Sequence record: SRR2962707_4308
Strand: one strand, 5' to 3'
DNA: 38,482 nt
In this document: positions 25,470 to 36,612 of the stretch, piece after piece
Layout: the number at the start of each line of letters is the position of its first letter
Numbering within the stretch: position 1 is the first letter of the stretch
Notes under the pieces: model-generated
Seen by the model: only the letters and a program-made list of their open reading frames with translations
What the model was told of the DNA's origin: nothing
Databases searched by the model: none
Position numbers and translations under genes: made by a program

Positions 25470-28400
25470 ATGGCGCTGAAAGACTCAATCATCAACCTTG
25501 TCCTGAAAGGCAAGGACTTAATGACCCCTGCCACCAAAACGGCAGCGGACAGCGTTGGCAAACTGCAAGAGCGCAGCGACGAACTTACGACTGCCCTCGA
25601 AAAGCTCAACAAAACCGAACGCAACATTGAGCAGTTCAAGAAGCTCAGCGAACAAAGCGATCGCCTGAAAGATAACTGGCAGGAAGCCGAGTACGAGCTG
25701 CAGCAACTCAAAGAAACCTTCGAGGCTACAGAGAAGCCCACCAAGGCAATGGCCCGGGAGCTGGAGAAGGCAGAGAAGTCTGCCGAAGGCGCCCAAGTTG
25801 CCTGGCGCAGAAACAGGGATTCCCTCGACCGCCTGACGCCGCAACTCAAAGCCGCCGGCGTGAACATGGACAACCTCGACCAGGCTCAGGATGACGTTCA
25901 GCAGTCTGCCATGCGCCTGCGTTCAGACCTCACCGGCGTCAACGTGCAGCTCGATCGTCAGGAGCAGGCTGCAAAAGAAGCCGCCGAGGGTACCGAAGAG
26001 CTGGGCGACGAAGCCGAGCGGTCATCCGGTCTGATTTCAAAACTCGGTGCAGGCATTAAAACCGTGGCCGCCGGCGCCACTGCCCTGGTCGCCAGTATCG
26101 GTGCATCAGCTGCCACGCTAACTGTTTTCTCCCGTAGCCAGGCGTCCCTTGCCGACGAGATCACCAACACCAGCAACGCCATTGGCGTAAACCGTGAAGC
26201 CCTGCAGGTCTGGCAGGTTGCTGGTGAGCGTGTTGGTCTCACAGGTGAAAAGGTCACTGATATTCTCCGCAGTGTGACGGAGCGGCTGGGCGAGTTCGCC
26301 GCCAACGGAGGTGGCGAGGCAGCCCAGGTGATGGAGCGCCTTAACCTCCAGATTGAGGACTTTGAAGGTCTCGCACCGGATGAGCAAATGCTCAGGTTTG
26401 CCGAGGCCATCGAAAGCCTGCCTAAGAATGAACAAGTTGCGCTTTTGGAAAAGCTCGGCAGCGATGCCAGTCAGCTGCAGCCGTTACTCGAGGACAACGC
26501 TGCAGGGCTGCGTGCCATTGCCGAGGAAGCGGCGCAATCAGGAGCAATCTATTCCGAGGAAGAGCTCGACAAGCTCCTTCGCGCCAATGACATCTACAAC
26601 TCCATTACCATAAAAATTCAGGGCCTCACCCGCCGAATTGGCGCGGAGCTGGCCCCGGCTGTTGCCGATGCAACGGATAAAGTCGTCAAGCTTTTCGATC
26701 AAAACGAAACCGGTGAAAAGCTGATCGACATGTTCAGGCGCATCACTACCTGGGGCGCCGATATGGCGACCAAGCTGGTGGAGAATGCTGACAGCATATC
26801 CGCCGGTTTCGGCAAACTCTGGGACACCATTCAGGCTGGTGCCAACGGAGCCGTTGCTATATTTCGCGGATTGCAGACCATCGTTGCAGCTTGGGCCACG
26901 CTGGTGGCTGGTAGCTTTGCCACCGTTCTCAGCATCGCGGAGGGCCTGGCTGTTGCTATGAATAAGGCCGGCCTCGTCAGCGATGAAACCCTGAACAACA
27001 TTAGATCGAAAGCCGAAGCTGCGCGTCAGTCGGTAATGGATCTGGGCCAACAGACTGCAGAGTATGGCCGCCAAGCAGTCGAGGCTGGGAAAGGTGTGAT
27101 TGATGCCTTCGATGGCGCGGCTGACGCAGGGACAAAGCTCCAGGAGAAAACCGAGAAAGGAATCGGCACCCTGACCACGCTGGCTGAGAATGTTGAAACT
27201 GCCGTCCGTAAAGCTGGGGATGAAACGACCAAAGCAAGGCAGAAAGCCAAGGATTTGGCGGAGGCCTACGAAACGCTTGGTATAGAGAGCCAAGCCGCTT
27301 TGGACAAAGCGGCGGAAACTGCCAAGCAAGACTTTGAAACCATTCTGGCAAGCGGAAAAGCCACAAAACGTGAGCTTTCCGAAGCTTTTCAAGCCTATGC
27401 TCAAGCCATTATGGATTCTGGCGACAAAGCCAAGATCCGGGCCCTGGAAGTGGAAGCCGCCCAACTCGGTCTACGTGATGCGCTGAAAGAGGTGAGGACT
27501 CAGGCGGAGGAATCTGGAGATGCCGCGAGCTCCAGTGCTGAGGATATTGCTATAAAGGCCGGCAAAGCTGCCGATGAAACAAAGCGCCTCGCAGATGAAA
27601 CCCGGAAGGCCAAGCAGGAAGCTGAGGCTGCACGGGAGAAGTTTCGGGAAACCCTTGGAGCGTACTTCTCCAAAGCGATATCTACGGCCAGAGAGCAGGT
27701 AACCGCTCTATCTGTGGCTGCCCGAAACCTGTTCGAGATGAAGATCGGCGGCAACGCGTTTGTGAAACAGAGCGAAGACGCCGCCGCATCACTGGAGAGG
27801 GCCCGCCAGCGTACCGATGAGCTGGCATCTGCCCGACGGCGCTTGATGTCCAGCAGTCTGGCGGCTTGGTTTGCGGACACCGCCTTACATGCCGCCGAGA
27901 CAGAAGAACGGTTCTGGGCCCAGGCCGTAGCGATGGAGAACCTACAGGAAAAGATTGAATCCGGCAGCTTCAGCCTTAGCCAGCTCAACGGCCTGAGCGA
28001 AACCGCCGCCACCCGTTTCGATGTTTTGGACAAGCAGCGCCTCAGCGGCCTGCAAAGTGCGATCGACTCCGCCAAGCAGAAACTACAGTCCCTCACCGAC
28101 ACCGCAGACAACACCCTCAACAGTCTGCGTCAGCGGCTGGCGGATATCCGGGGTGACACGGAGGAAGCTCAGCGCATCCAGTACGAAGCCGAGCGTGAAC
28201 GCCTGCAAGAACAGCTGGAACAGGCCCGGAAGGCTGGCGCCGATGCGGCCGCTGCCGACTACCAGCAATCCTTAGATACCCTCGAAAAGATCTACCAGAT
28301 TGAACAGAAGAACCGCCGGGAAGAACAGAATGCCCGCGAGAAAGACGCCGCCGATCGTGCGCGTGATCAGCAGCTGGCAGAGATTGAGCGCCAGCGGGCA

Positions 28401-28565
28401 GATCGTGAGCGAAACACCACCACGAACCAGCAACAGAGCGTTCAGTCTCGACCGTCTCAAACCATCGTTCTTCAGACGCCAAACGGCGGACAAACCGAAA
28501 TCCAGACTTCCGACCCTGACAGCTTTTTGACCGTTCTCGAAGAAGCCGGTCTCAGGAGCCTTTGA
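25470..28565 (+). CDS. Tape measure protein (1031 aa)
   Basis: Long Ala/Glu-rich helical protein with hydrophobic segments. Confidence 0.93.
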   Translation: MALKDSIINLVLKGKDLMTPATKTAADSVGKLQERSDELTTALEKLNKTERNIEQFKKLSEQSDRLKDNWQEAEYELQQLKETFEATEKPTKAMARELEKAEKSAEGAQVAWRRNRDSLDRLTPQLKAAGVNMDNLDQAQDDVQQSAMRLRSDLTGVNVQLDRQEQAAKEAAEGTEELGDEAERSSGLISKLGAGIKTVAAGATALVASIGASAATLTVFSRSQASLADEITNTSNAIGVNREALQVWQVAGERVGLTGEKVTDILRSVTERLGEFAANGGGEAAQVMERLNLQIEDFEGLAPDEQMLRFAEAIESLPKNEQVALLEKLGSDASQLQPLLEDNAAGLRAIAEEAAQSGAIYSEEELDKLLRANDIYNSITIKIQGLTRRIGAELAPAVADATDKVVKLFDQNETGEKLIDMFRRITTWGADMATKLVENADSISAGFGKLWDTIQAGANGAVAIFRGLQTIVAAWATLVAGSFATVLSIAEGLAVAMNKAGLVSDETLNNIRSKAEAARQSVMDLGQQTAEYGRQAVEAGKGVIDAFDGAADAGTKLQEKTEKGIGTLTTLAENVETAVRKAGDETTKARQKAKDLAEAYETLGIESQAALDKAAETAKQDFETILASGKATKRELSEAFQAYAQAIMDSGDKAKIRALEVEAAQLGLRDALKEVRTQAEESGDAASSSAEDIAIKAGKAADETKRLADETRKAKQEAEAAREKFRETLGAYFSKAISTAREQVTALSVAARNLFEMKIGGNAFVKQSEDAAASLERARQRTDELASARRRLMSSSLAAWFADTALHAAETEERFWAQAVAMENLQEKIESGSFSLSQLNGLSETAATRFDVLDKQRLSGLQSAIDSAKQKLQSLTDTADNTLNSLRQRLADIRGDTEEAQRIQYEAERERLQEQLEQARKAGADAAAADYQQSLDTLEKIYQIEQKNRREEQNAREKDAADRARDQQLAEIERQRADRERNTTTNQQQSVQSRPSQTIVLQTPNGGQTEIQTSDPDSFLTVLEEAGLRSL

Positions 28566-28963
28566 TGACCCTGCAAATATCTCTTAGCGATAGCACCACC
28601 ACCCTGGCGCTGCCGCCCGATCTTGAGTGGCAAGACGAATTCGACTGGACGCCCGTCGAACACAGCACCGATTACAGCAACACCGGAAGCCTGATTGTTC
28701 ACGAGGGGGAGCGGCAAGACGGCCGGCCCATCACGCTGTACGGCGGCAGAGAAGGGGCATGGATGTCGCGGGCGGACGTGGAGCAGCTCTATGCCATGGC
28801 ATCCTTACCAGAGGCCCAGTTCACCCTCATTCTCTGGGGGCAAAGTTTCAACGTCATGTTCCGCCGGCCGCCCCTACAGGCAAAGCCTATTAGTCGCTTG
28901 GCCAACCCGGGGCCCGAACACCAATACGCCGTCACCATCAACCTTATGGAGATTAACCCATGA
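28565..28963 (+). CDS. Distal-tail-like protein
   Basis: LPPDLEWQDEFDWTPV...GRPITL, directly after TMP. Confidence 0.7.
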   Translation: MTLQISLSDSTTTLALPPDLEWQDEFDWTPVEHSTDYSNTGSLIVHEGERQDGRPITLYGGREGAWMSRADVEQLYAMASLPEAQFTLILWGQSFNVMFRRPPLQAKPISRLANPGPEHQYAVTINLMEINP

Positions 28964-30447
28964 CCATCACCAGCGATCAGGTCGTTCTGTCCGAATCTGA
29001 AGTTATGGCAGACACCGACGATGGCGGCGGCCGCATGAGCGGGCGAATTGTTGTCAGCGGCCAGATCAACAACACCTTTCCCGATATCAGCCGGATCGAC
29101 CGCGTTTATGGGCGGGTGAACTTGCGAAAGCTTTACCTGTTTGTGAACGCGGCCAACACCGATGTGTTCCTTGGGGCGCACACCATCCTGAGCCAGCTGG
29201 CCAAAGACCCGAACGTGTTTGTTCTGCTGTTCAATACCAACAGCCACACCGATCGGCGAGTGGATGCCCAGGACAGAATCGAGAGCTACGTGGTGGCCAG
29301 TACCGAGGCACCTTTCTGGCTGTGGGGGCGTCAGCTGAAGGGGCAGCGGGCCGTCCAGGCGCTGGCCTTCACGAACAACCAAAAGGATCCGGAGCCCGGC
29401 CAGATATTCGTGCTCAACGACGAGAACGGGGATCAGCAGTATATCCGCATCACCGGCGTTGATATCGAGAGACAAACCTTCACCATCGATCGGGGTAGTT
29501 ACGGGTTCTACAACTTCCAGTTGAAAACCTACGTGATGGAGCTGGCTCAACCGCTGGCCTACGACTTCCAGGGTAGCGATCCGCACCCCACCGGCAACCT
29601 GAACAGCGAAATGAAGATCCTAAAAACGCAGATCGCCGACGCTGCCAAGTACTATGGTGCCTCACCACTGGCGGCCCCGGCTGCCGTGGGCGATCGGATC
29701 ATCACCGTTGAGAATGTATACGCTCCCTTGGTTCCAAGTGCGCAATCCGAGAATGCCATCACCGACCAGGCTGCCGGTGGACTGGCGGCAATCATCCGGC
29801 CGGCCAGCAACAACACCATCACTGTGAGCAATATCAGCGGCGTGACCACTGGCCCGAACGGGGAAGGTATCTATCACGCTGGCCGCGCCATCGTGCCGGG
29901 CACCCTGCAGATTTCCGGCAACAACGGTAGCTATGTGGACAACGGCGGGCGCTTGGTTCACACCGGCGGCAGCAACTACCTGGACGAAGAAAACAGCGTT
30001 GTTGACTACGTGAACGGCGAGATACGCGCCTTTTACTCCGGCGGCAGCACCAGCCGAACGACCACCCTGACGTTTCTGCCTGGGGCGGTCGTGAATCAGC
30101 AGACCAAGCAGGCCAGCCTGGAAGTGAATCAGCAGACTCGGAGCCTGACGTGGGTGTTCCAGACCGAGCCAAAGGCCGCAGAGGCCACCCTGACCGTTGA
30201 GTTCCGCGCCCAGGGGAGCTGGTACCTGCTACGCGACGAGGGCGGCGGGGAGCTAGCCGGAGATGGCACCGGAACTGTGGATTACGCCACCGGTACCGTG
30301 AATTTCACGCTGGCGGCTCTGCCGGATTCCGGTACCGAAATAATCCTCGCCTGGGGAGAAAAGCAAGGCACCGTTATTGAAGCCGGCGCCACCATCCCGG
30401 ACGCCCCGACCATCCGCTTTGAAGTCGGTGAAACCGTAACTGTTTAA
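28960..30447 (+). CDS. Tail tip protein, part 1
   Basis: DGGGRMSG...NNTFPDISRIDRVYGRVNLRK; G-x-VDY-x-TG repeats. Confidence 0.75.
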   Translation: MTITSDQVVLSESEVMADTDDGGGRMSGRIVVSGQINNTFPDISRIDRVYGRVNLRKLYLFVNAANTDVFLGAHTILSQLAKDPNVFVLLFNTNSHTDRRVDAQDRIESYVVASTEAPFWLWGRQLKGQRAVQALAFTNNQKDPEPGQIFVLNDENGDQQYIRITGVDIERQTFTIDRGSYGFYNFQLKTYVMELAQPLAYDFQGSDPHPTGNLNSEMKILKTQIADAAKYYGASPLAAPAAVGDRIITVENVYAPLVPSAQSENAITDQAAGGLAAIIRPASNNTITVSNISGVTTGPNGEGIYHAGRAIVPGTLQISGNNGSYVDNGGRLVHTGGSNYLDEENSVVDYVNGEIRAFYSGGSTSRTTTLTFLPGAVVNQQTKQASLEVNQQTRSLTWVFQTEPKAAEATLTVEFRAQGSWYLLRDEGGGELAGDGTGTVDYATGTVNFTLAALPDSGTEIILAWGEKQGTVIEAGATIPDAPTIRFEVGETVTV

Positions 30448-30457
30448 GGACTAAATC

Positions 30458-32581
30458 ATGGGTAACGTCGCACTCTCCTACAACTTCGCCAGCGCCCAGG
30501 TTAAGCGCAACCTTTCCCCGGGTAGCGTGGTCATCACCTGGAACACCGGCGGTCAGCAGTACACACTGACGGACGATGGGGCGGGCAGCCTGACCGGCGC
30601 CGGTACTGGAACTGTCAGCTATTCCAACGGCCTGATCTTTATCAACCCGAATCCGGCACCGAGCCCGAGCGATGGCGATTACGCCATCGACTACGAGGAC
30701 TGGCAGGGCCAGACAAAGCTGACTGACCAGTTCGCGCTCAACACCAGCTCCGGCAGTGACACAACATTTAGTCCCGCCACCGCAATGCGCGAGGGCTCTG
30801 TGGAGATCCGCCTGATTGTAAAGCGGATTACCAAGCAGTGGCGGTACAAAGCCGACTCGGGAAAGTCGAATCGCACCGAATACGCCAGCGAGGAAGTCAC
30901 CATAACCGACGATGGCGGGGGCAATCTACGGCGCGAGAAGGGCGGGCCGGTTCTGGGTTCCATCAATTACGCCACGGGAGCCATCACGCTTAACGCCCGA
31001 CAGAACTACACCTTCAAGACCTATGATGAAAAATCCAGAATCGGAGCAGGCAGCTACTGGGAAAATGGCACCGAAACTGCCGTTGAAACCTACGCGGGCA
31101 CAACTGCCTCAATCAGTTGGACAGATCCTGGCGATCCGGTGCAGATCCGAAGTACCACCCGCCCGATTCCTGGTCTGACCATCGACCTGACGCCGACCAG
31201 CAGCCGAAACATCGTGCCCAACAGCGTGCTGTTCGAGATCAACGGGACGCAGTACCGCGACCAGAACGGCGCAATCATCAAAGACTGGTCGCCGATCACC
31301 GACACCGGTACCGCCGTGGGCAGCATCGACTATGCCACCGGCCTCGTAACCCTGGAGGACTACCCGGCCAACACCCCGACGAACACACCCGTCACACTGC
31401 TGGCCTGCCTGACCACGCTTGAACAGGCGCCGGCTAACCGGTCGATCTTCCGAACCGCTGGGGCACCGCTGCGCGAAGGCAGCTTGATCGTGAACGCCAC
31501 CGACATTGAGGGCAACCAGATCACCCTGAACGCCGACACCAGTGGCAACCTGACCGACGGTAACATCGTCAGCGGTTTTGTGGACACCCAGACTGGCCTG
31601 GTAACTATCGAGTGGGCCAGCGATCTACAGGCCAATAGCGTGCCCGTGGTGCCCTCAACTGTTCGATACAGCGCGGTAAGCTACACCTTCCTGCCGCTGG
31701 ATGCGGATCTGGTTGGCCTGGACGCCACCCGCCTGCCGAGCGACGGGCGCGTGCCGCAGTTCAATCTGGGCGACGTGGTGGTGGTCTCCAATACCCAAAG
31801 CCAGGAGGTCATGACCGCCACCCCGGGGCAGGTCGTCACCTTTGGTCGCCAGAACCAAGCCGAGGTTTGGGTGGAAGGGGCTAACGGCAACCGGCTGGCC
31901 GCCGACCAGTACACCCTGGACACCGACGCCGGCACGCTGACCTTTGCCGATCCGCTGAATCTGGTGGACAGCGAGGCCAGCGCCGTGACCGAACCGCTGC
32001 AGGTTTATAACCGCGTAGAGGATATGGGCCTGGCCACCGACGTGCAGATCGGCGGGCAGATCAGTCTGAACATTCCGCTTTCCCAGGACTACACCGCCGG
32101 TGACACTATCGCCAGCGCCGCAGTGCTTTACGGCGACCTTCGGGCGCGAGCCTTCAACGCCTTCCACCAGAAGACCTTTGATGGCTCCACCTGGTCCGAC
32201 GACCTAATCGGCGATAGCACCACTGCTAAGTACAACCTGGTGAGCTACCCCATCGAAGTGACCAACCAAGGGGCTATCAAGGAGCGCTGGGCAATCAAAT
32301 TTGGAGGCTCCACGAGCTTTGAGGTAATCGGGGAAACAGTGGGCGTCGTGGCCACCGGCAACATCAGCGCCGACCTGGCACCCACCAACGCCGCCACCGG
32401 CGCGCCGTATTTCACCATCCGCAAGGAAGGCTGGGGCAGCGGCTGGGTAAGCGGCAATACCTTGCGTTTCAACACCGACGGCGGGCAGGCGCCTTTCTGG
32501 GTGGCGCGCACCATCGTGGCAGGGCGAGCCGTTGAAGAAACCGATCAATTCGCAACACAGAACCGAGGGGATGCTGACTAA
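30458..32581 (+). CDS. Tail tip protein, part 2
   Basis: AAGGA SD; same repeats; GLDATRLPSDGRVP; GAIKERW; GWGSGW. Confidence 0.75.
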   Translation: MGNVALSYNFASAQVKRNLSPGSVVITWNTGGQQYTLTDDGAGSLTGAGTGTVSYSNGLIFINPNPAPSPSDGDYAIDYEDWQGQTKLTDQFALNTSSGSDTTFSPATAMREGSVEIRLIVKRITKQWRYKADSGKSNRTEYASEEVTITDDGGGNLRREKGGPVLGSINYATGAITLNARQNYTFKTYDEKSRIGAGSYWENGTETAVETYAGTTASISWTDPGDPVQIRSTTRPIPGLTIDLTPTSSRNIVPNSVLFEINGTQYRDQNGAIIKDWSPITDTGTAVGSIDYATGLVTLEDYPANTPTNTPVTLLACLTTLEQAPANRSIFRTAGAPLREGSLIVNATDIEGNQITLNADTSGNLTDGNIVSGFVDTQTGLVTIEWASDLQANSVPVVPSTVRYSAVSYTFLPLDADLVGLDATRLPSDGRVPQFNLGDVVVVSNTQSQEVMTATPGQVVTFGRQNQAEVWVEGANGNRLAADQYTLDTDAGTLTFADPLNLVDSEASAVTEPLQVYNRVEDMGLATDVQIGGQISLNIPLSQDYTAGDTIASAAVLYGDLRARAFNAFHQKTFDGSTWSDDLIGDSTTAKYNLVSYPIEVTNQGAIKERWAIKFGGSTSFEVIGETVGVVATGNISADLAPTNAATGAPYFTIRKEGWGSGWVSGNTLRFNTDGGQAPFWVARTIVAGRAVEETDQFATQNRGDAD

Positions 32582-33591
32582 TGGCTATCAATGTTTTTCG
32601 ATACGACGACGCTAATGCTCCTGCGGCTCCGGCAACCTCCGTTGAGTGTATACAGCTTCTTATTACCCTGCTAACCACAGGGTACACCGGTAAACCGGGA
32701 GGGGGCTGGACCGTTATTTACGACGATGTTCCGAACATGAACCCTGTAATCCTTCAGCACCCTGATGGGGACATGTTCGTGCTTCAACCACTAACCGCAG
32801 ACTCCTTTGAGTTTGGGATGTGCTTGTCTGCTGATTCTTCCGGGGTTATGGACAACTACCGAAGCGGCAGTTATGCCCAAGGCACTGGATACCGTCAACG
32901 TATGGATAACGCCGGTACCCAGAACTGGGAGCGGTGGGTCGCTTTGTATGATGATGTTAGTCATACACTGATATTCCATGCGACACGGGTAGCCTACGAC
33001 ACATGGAATGCTTACCGAAACTCAACGTCATTTGACGCACGAATCGGTATCTACATTGGGTCCTTAAAGCCGCCCGTGCCCGGTGGATTCGCGCCAAAGG
33101 TGATCTTTGCGGGCACCCCGGCCCAGTACAATGATCAGAACCACCTGTTCCAATACAACACCCGGTCGTATGCCCACCGTGGCGGCCATACTGGCACTGT
33201 TTTGAAGCCATATTCTGATGAGGTTTTGATTAATCAGGAGGTTGGCTTTGTGCCTGTTGCTGAAAACGAGGGGGTTGAGGCTGTACCTTCGGTTACCCAA
33301 ACGACTCCTCATATCGGGGTAGTCCCAGCCTTGTGCTTTCTGAACAGAGAATCCACAACCCGAAGTTTTGAGTTGCTTGGATTCATCCGTGGTTGGAAGT
33401 TTCTCCCAAGCTGGCATAGTGGTAGCCGGTCTTCTGCTGACCATCCCGCCAGATGGATAGATCCAAACGCAGCCTCCTACCCATCCATGATTGCTTACCC
33501 GCTATCCCCGGGCGATGGGATTCTGTATTACACCGCTGGTGACCGAACTGAGCAAACCGGGGTGTTTGGTACTAATTTGGACTGGTGGTAA
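32581..33591 (+). CDS. Putative tail fibre/receptor-binding protein
   Basis: N-terminus YDDANAP...TGYTGKPGGGW, then divergent, AT-richer body. Confidence 0.6.
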   Translation: MAINVFRYDDANAPAAPATSVECIQLLITLLTTGYTGKPGGGWTVIYDDVPNMNPVILQHPDGDMFVLQPLTADSFEFGMCLSADSSGVMDNYRSGSYAQGTGYRQRMDNAGTQNWERWVALYDDVSHTLIFHATRVAYDTWNAYRNSTSFDARIGIYIGSLKPPVPGGFAPKVIFAGTPAQYNDQNHLFQYNTRSYAHRGGHTGTVLKPYSDEVLINQEVGFVPVAENEGVEAVPSVTQTTPHIGVVPALCFLNRESTTRSFELLGFIRGWKFLPSWHSGSRSSADHPARWIDPNAASYPSMIAYPLSPGDGILYYTAGDRTEQTGVFGTNLDWW

Positions 33592-33593
33592 TC

Positions 33594-34385
33594 ATGCAAT
33601 TTCAGGCTGAGAGTGTTGATGTAATTGTTACCGGGGCAGACCTGACTACATTTAATGTGGCTCTGCCAGAAACCACAGGCTACATCCTTGACTTCAAGAG
33701 GAAGTCGGATGGTCTCTTTTCTGGAAGGCTACTGAAAGCACCGGGGTTCACCACCGTACCCTTCAAGAGTTCGGACTTCTCGGCATCAAACTTTGATGTG
33801 TTTGCATCAAACCTCAAGACTGGAGTTACGGAGCTTCATGTCTCACTGGATCAAGAAATCTCCGAGGGTAGGACTATAAACTTTGAAACCATAGTTGGAA
33901 GTCCTGCTTCGGTAGCCACTTCTAGGGTTGCTGGGGTAGTCCAGATAGACGGAGATCCTGCTGGTCGATTGGTACGAGCGTTCACCTACAACAGTGAGAC
34001 TATGACCTTGCTGAACCGCGAGGTCAGGTCTTCACGTCCTTTGGGGGAGGTTAATAGTGATCCCGAGACTGGGGCTTATGAGCTAACCATTGAAAGTGGA
34101 TACTCAGAGGAAATCTTCGTTATTGCTTTTGACGACTACGGAAAGGCATTTACGCCAAACCTCACTGTCTCTGTTGGGCACAGGATCCATCCAACTACCC
34201 CCAATGGCTATATTTGGGAGTGCACCGGATCGGGCACCCTGCCGAGCGAGGAACCGACCTGGGTGATCGATACCGAAACCGCCCAACTCTATGGCACCGC
34301 CTCAATGATCGCTAGGCCTTTCTATCGGCCGGTGGTGCACGGGCCGGTCAACCCAGAAGTTATTGCTCCCGATCCAGCGCCGTGA
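33594..34385 (+). CDS. Tail-associated protein
   Basis: C-terminal HPTTPNGYIWECTGSG...EPTW beta-module. Confidence 0.6.
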   Translation: MQFQAESVDVIVTGADLTTFNVALPETTGYILDFKRKSDGLFSGRLLKAPGFTTVPFKSSDFSASNFDVFASNLKTGVTELHVSLDQEISEGRTINFETIVGSPASVATSRVAGVVQIDGDPAGRLVRAFTYNSETMTLLNREVRSSRPLGEVNSDPETGAYELTIESGYSEEIFVIAFDDYGKAFTPNLTVSVGHRIHPTTPNGYIWECTGSGTLPSEEPTWVIDTETAQLYGTASMIARPFYRPVVHGPVNPEVIAPDPAP

Positions 34386-36277
34386 CCTACGCACCAGAAG
34401 GCAATCCGCTGGCAGTGGTCCTAGACCTCGACGCCCAGTACAACCCGCCGACCAACACGAGGGCGCTGGACTTCGACTTGGCCGAAGCGGGCGGCTTCGT
34501 CTATCGCAAGCCACCGCTTGCGGTTTCCGTAGGCTACCCGAGCGCCCAGGCCAGCGTTGGGGTCAGCGATACTCAATGGCAAGGCCATGAGCTGGCGAAG
34601 CCAATGGACGGCGCCGGAAGGCGCCACAGGGCTGATCAGGCGAGCAGCCTGCCCCTACCGACCTACGGGGCTGGCTGGGAGTTTGTGCCTGCCAAGGTCG
34701 GCCGTCCCAACCCTTACAGAGCCCTGAACGCCAACCCGCTGGATTTGCGGGCTGAGCGAGCCCTCTGGCGGAAAGTGCCAACCCGGGATGATCCCGAGGA
34801 CTATGGCGCCCAAGCATGGGACGTTCAGGCCCCCAAGGATGAGCGGGCCGATCAGGGATTCAATAACCCAGCATACCACTACCAAACAAGCCGGCACGGC
34901 GCCAGTGACAGCATTCTGAACTGGCAGGCCCCGTCGCCGGAGGAAGTGGATCTGGTGCAAAGCGATACATTGAACATGCAAGTTTCGCCATACCAGCCCC
35001 CGGGGGCTGGCGTGGTCGACTTTGAGTTGGTACCGGTGGCCACCGCCGTAGAAGTAAAGCCCCCGACCCGAAGCGTGGACGCGCAGGCAAACCTGCCTGG
35101 CTGGTCGCTTAAGCAAGCCCTGGACGGGCGCACCATCCATCCCTGGGATAGAAAACCTCGGATTGGTACCGAGATTGAGTTCCCGAGCGCCAATGAACCG
35201 GATGCCCCGGCAGGCGACCCGCCCCCAGAACCAGAGATCAAAAGGACGTACATCGTAATGAACGCCAGCAGCCTGATCGAAGTGACCACCGGCACCCCGC
35301 TGGAATTTCGGGATTTGAGCATCGAGCTGGATATCGACAGCTTCGCCTGGACGATGAGCTGCACTATTCTGAACCGCGCCAGCATGGATCAGATCCGCCC
35401 GACCGGCCAAGGGCCGGCGGAAGTGATCGCCACCGTCAACGGCTACCAATGGCGGTTTGTGGTGGAGCGGTACAGCCTGAACCGGAAGTTTGCCCGGGAA
35501 GCCTACACCGTCAAAGGGGTATCCCGCCCGCAGCTGCTGGCCGCGCCCTACGCACCGAAGCGCACCGGTCGCATCACCAGCCAGACCACCGCCACCCAGG
35601 CCATGACCGAACAGCTACAGTTCACCGGATTTACCGTCAGCCGGCAGCAGGGCCTGACCGATTACATCATCCCGGCGGGCGCCTGGGGATGGGATAACAA
35701 GACGGCAATGGAAGTGATCGCCGAGCTGGCCGCCGCCCAAGGCGCCGTAGTGGTCCCGGATCGGGAGGCCGACGTTCTGCACATCAAACACAGGTACAAG
35801 CTGACCGGCCCTTGGGTCTATCACAGCCTCCCGATTGAATCCGTGGACGCCATCATCGCCGACACCATGACCATCAGCTACGCCAGCCAGTGGGAGCCGC
35901 AGCCTGAGTACAACGCCGTTTTCGTCTCCGGCATCACCGACGGCGTGGCCATTGATGTTGTGCGCCAGGGCACCGCCGGCGACAAACCGGCGCCGGATAT
36001 TTTCGATGACCTGAACGTGGAACCCTCACAATGCCGGGAGCGTGGCCTGGCATCCATCGCCGCCGGCGGTAACCAGGAGATTGTCACCATCGAAACCGTC
36101 CTTCCCACCAGCGGAAGCCCGGGGCTGATAGAGCCGGCCATGCTGGTTGAAGTGCGGGACACCATCGAGCCCGCGAACACCTGGCGCGGCAACGCCTTGG
36201 GCGTCAGTATTTCAGTCGGCCAGCCCGGTACCGGCCGTGTCACACAGACAGTCAAAATCGAGAGGCATCACTACTAA
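34382..36277 (+). CDS. Tail hub-like structural protein
   Basis: DIDSFAW...; YNAVFVSG...GTAGD; position. Confidence 0.65.
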   Translation: MTYAPEGNPLAVVLDLDAQYNPPTNTRALDFDLAEAGGFVYRKPPLAVSVGYPSAQASVGVSDTQWQGHELAKPMDGAGRRHRADQASSLPLPTYGAGWEFVPAKVGRPNPYRALNANPLDLRAERALWRKVPTRDDPEDYGAQAWDVQAPKDERADQGFNNPAYHYQTSRHGASDSILNWQAPSPEEVDLVQSDTLNMQVSPYQPPGAGVVDFELVPVATAVEVKPPTRSVDAQANLPGWSLKQALDGRTIHPWDRKPRIGTEIEFPSANEPDAPAGDPPPEPEIKRTYIVMNASSLIEVTTGTPLEFRDLSIELDIDSFAWTMSCTILNRASMDQIRPTGQGPAEVIATVNGYQWRFVVERYSLNRKFAREAYTVKGVSRPQLLAAPYAPKRTGRITSQTTATQAMTEQLQFTGFTVSRQQGLTDYIIPAGAWGWDNKTAMEVIAELAAAQGAVVVPDREADVLHIKHRYKLTGPWVYHSLPIESVDAIIADTMTISYASQWEPQPEYNAVFVSGITDGVAIDVVRQGTAGDKPAPDIFDDLNVEPSQCRERGLASIAAGGNQEIVTIETVLPTSGSPGLIEPAMLVEVRDTIEPANTWRGNALGVSISVGQPGTGRVTQTVKIERHHY

Positions 36278-36510
36278 TGGCAACCGTTAACCCTTGGGCG
36301 CGTTTCCAGCGCCTGCTGCGCCGGGCGGGGCGCTATACCGTCACCATCGACACCGTGAACGCCGACGGCACCAGCCTAGCCACCCGTAGAGACGGGCAAA
36401 AGGTAAGGCTCAAGGGCGGTCTGGTGGAAGCTGGCAAAAAGGCATGGGTAGAGGGGGAGCAGATAATCGGGGAGGCACCGAACCTCCCTGAAGGCACTCA
36501 ATACGTCTGA
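36277..36510 (+). CDS. Small terminal tail protein
   Basis: MATVNPWARFQRLL...GEAPNLP. Confidence 0.7.
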   Translation: MATVNPWARFQRLLRRAGRYTVTIDTVNADGTSLATRRDGQKVRLKGGLVEAGKKAWVEGEQIIGEAPNLPEGTQYV

Positions 36511-36612
36511 GAACTTATCTATATTGGTTGATTAAAAGAAAATACTCAAAGCAAACTATTGCTATCAATAATCTATGTAGATACTTTTTAACATGAACCC
36601 TAACATCAGCCA

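Noticed and set aside
28960-36510. Diversity-generating retroelement or invertible tail-fibre cassette
   Set aside because: No reverse transcriptase, invertase or TR/VR-type repeat pair seen
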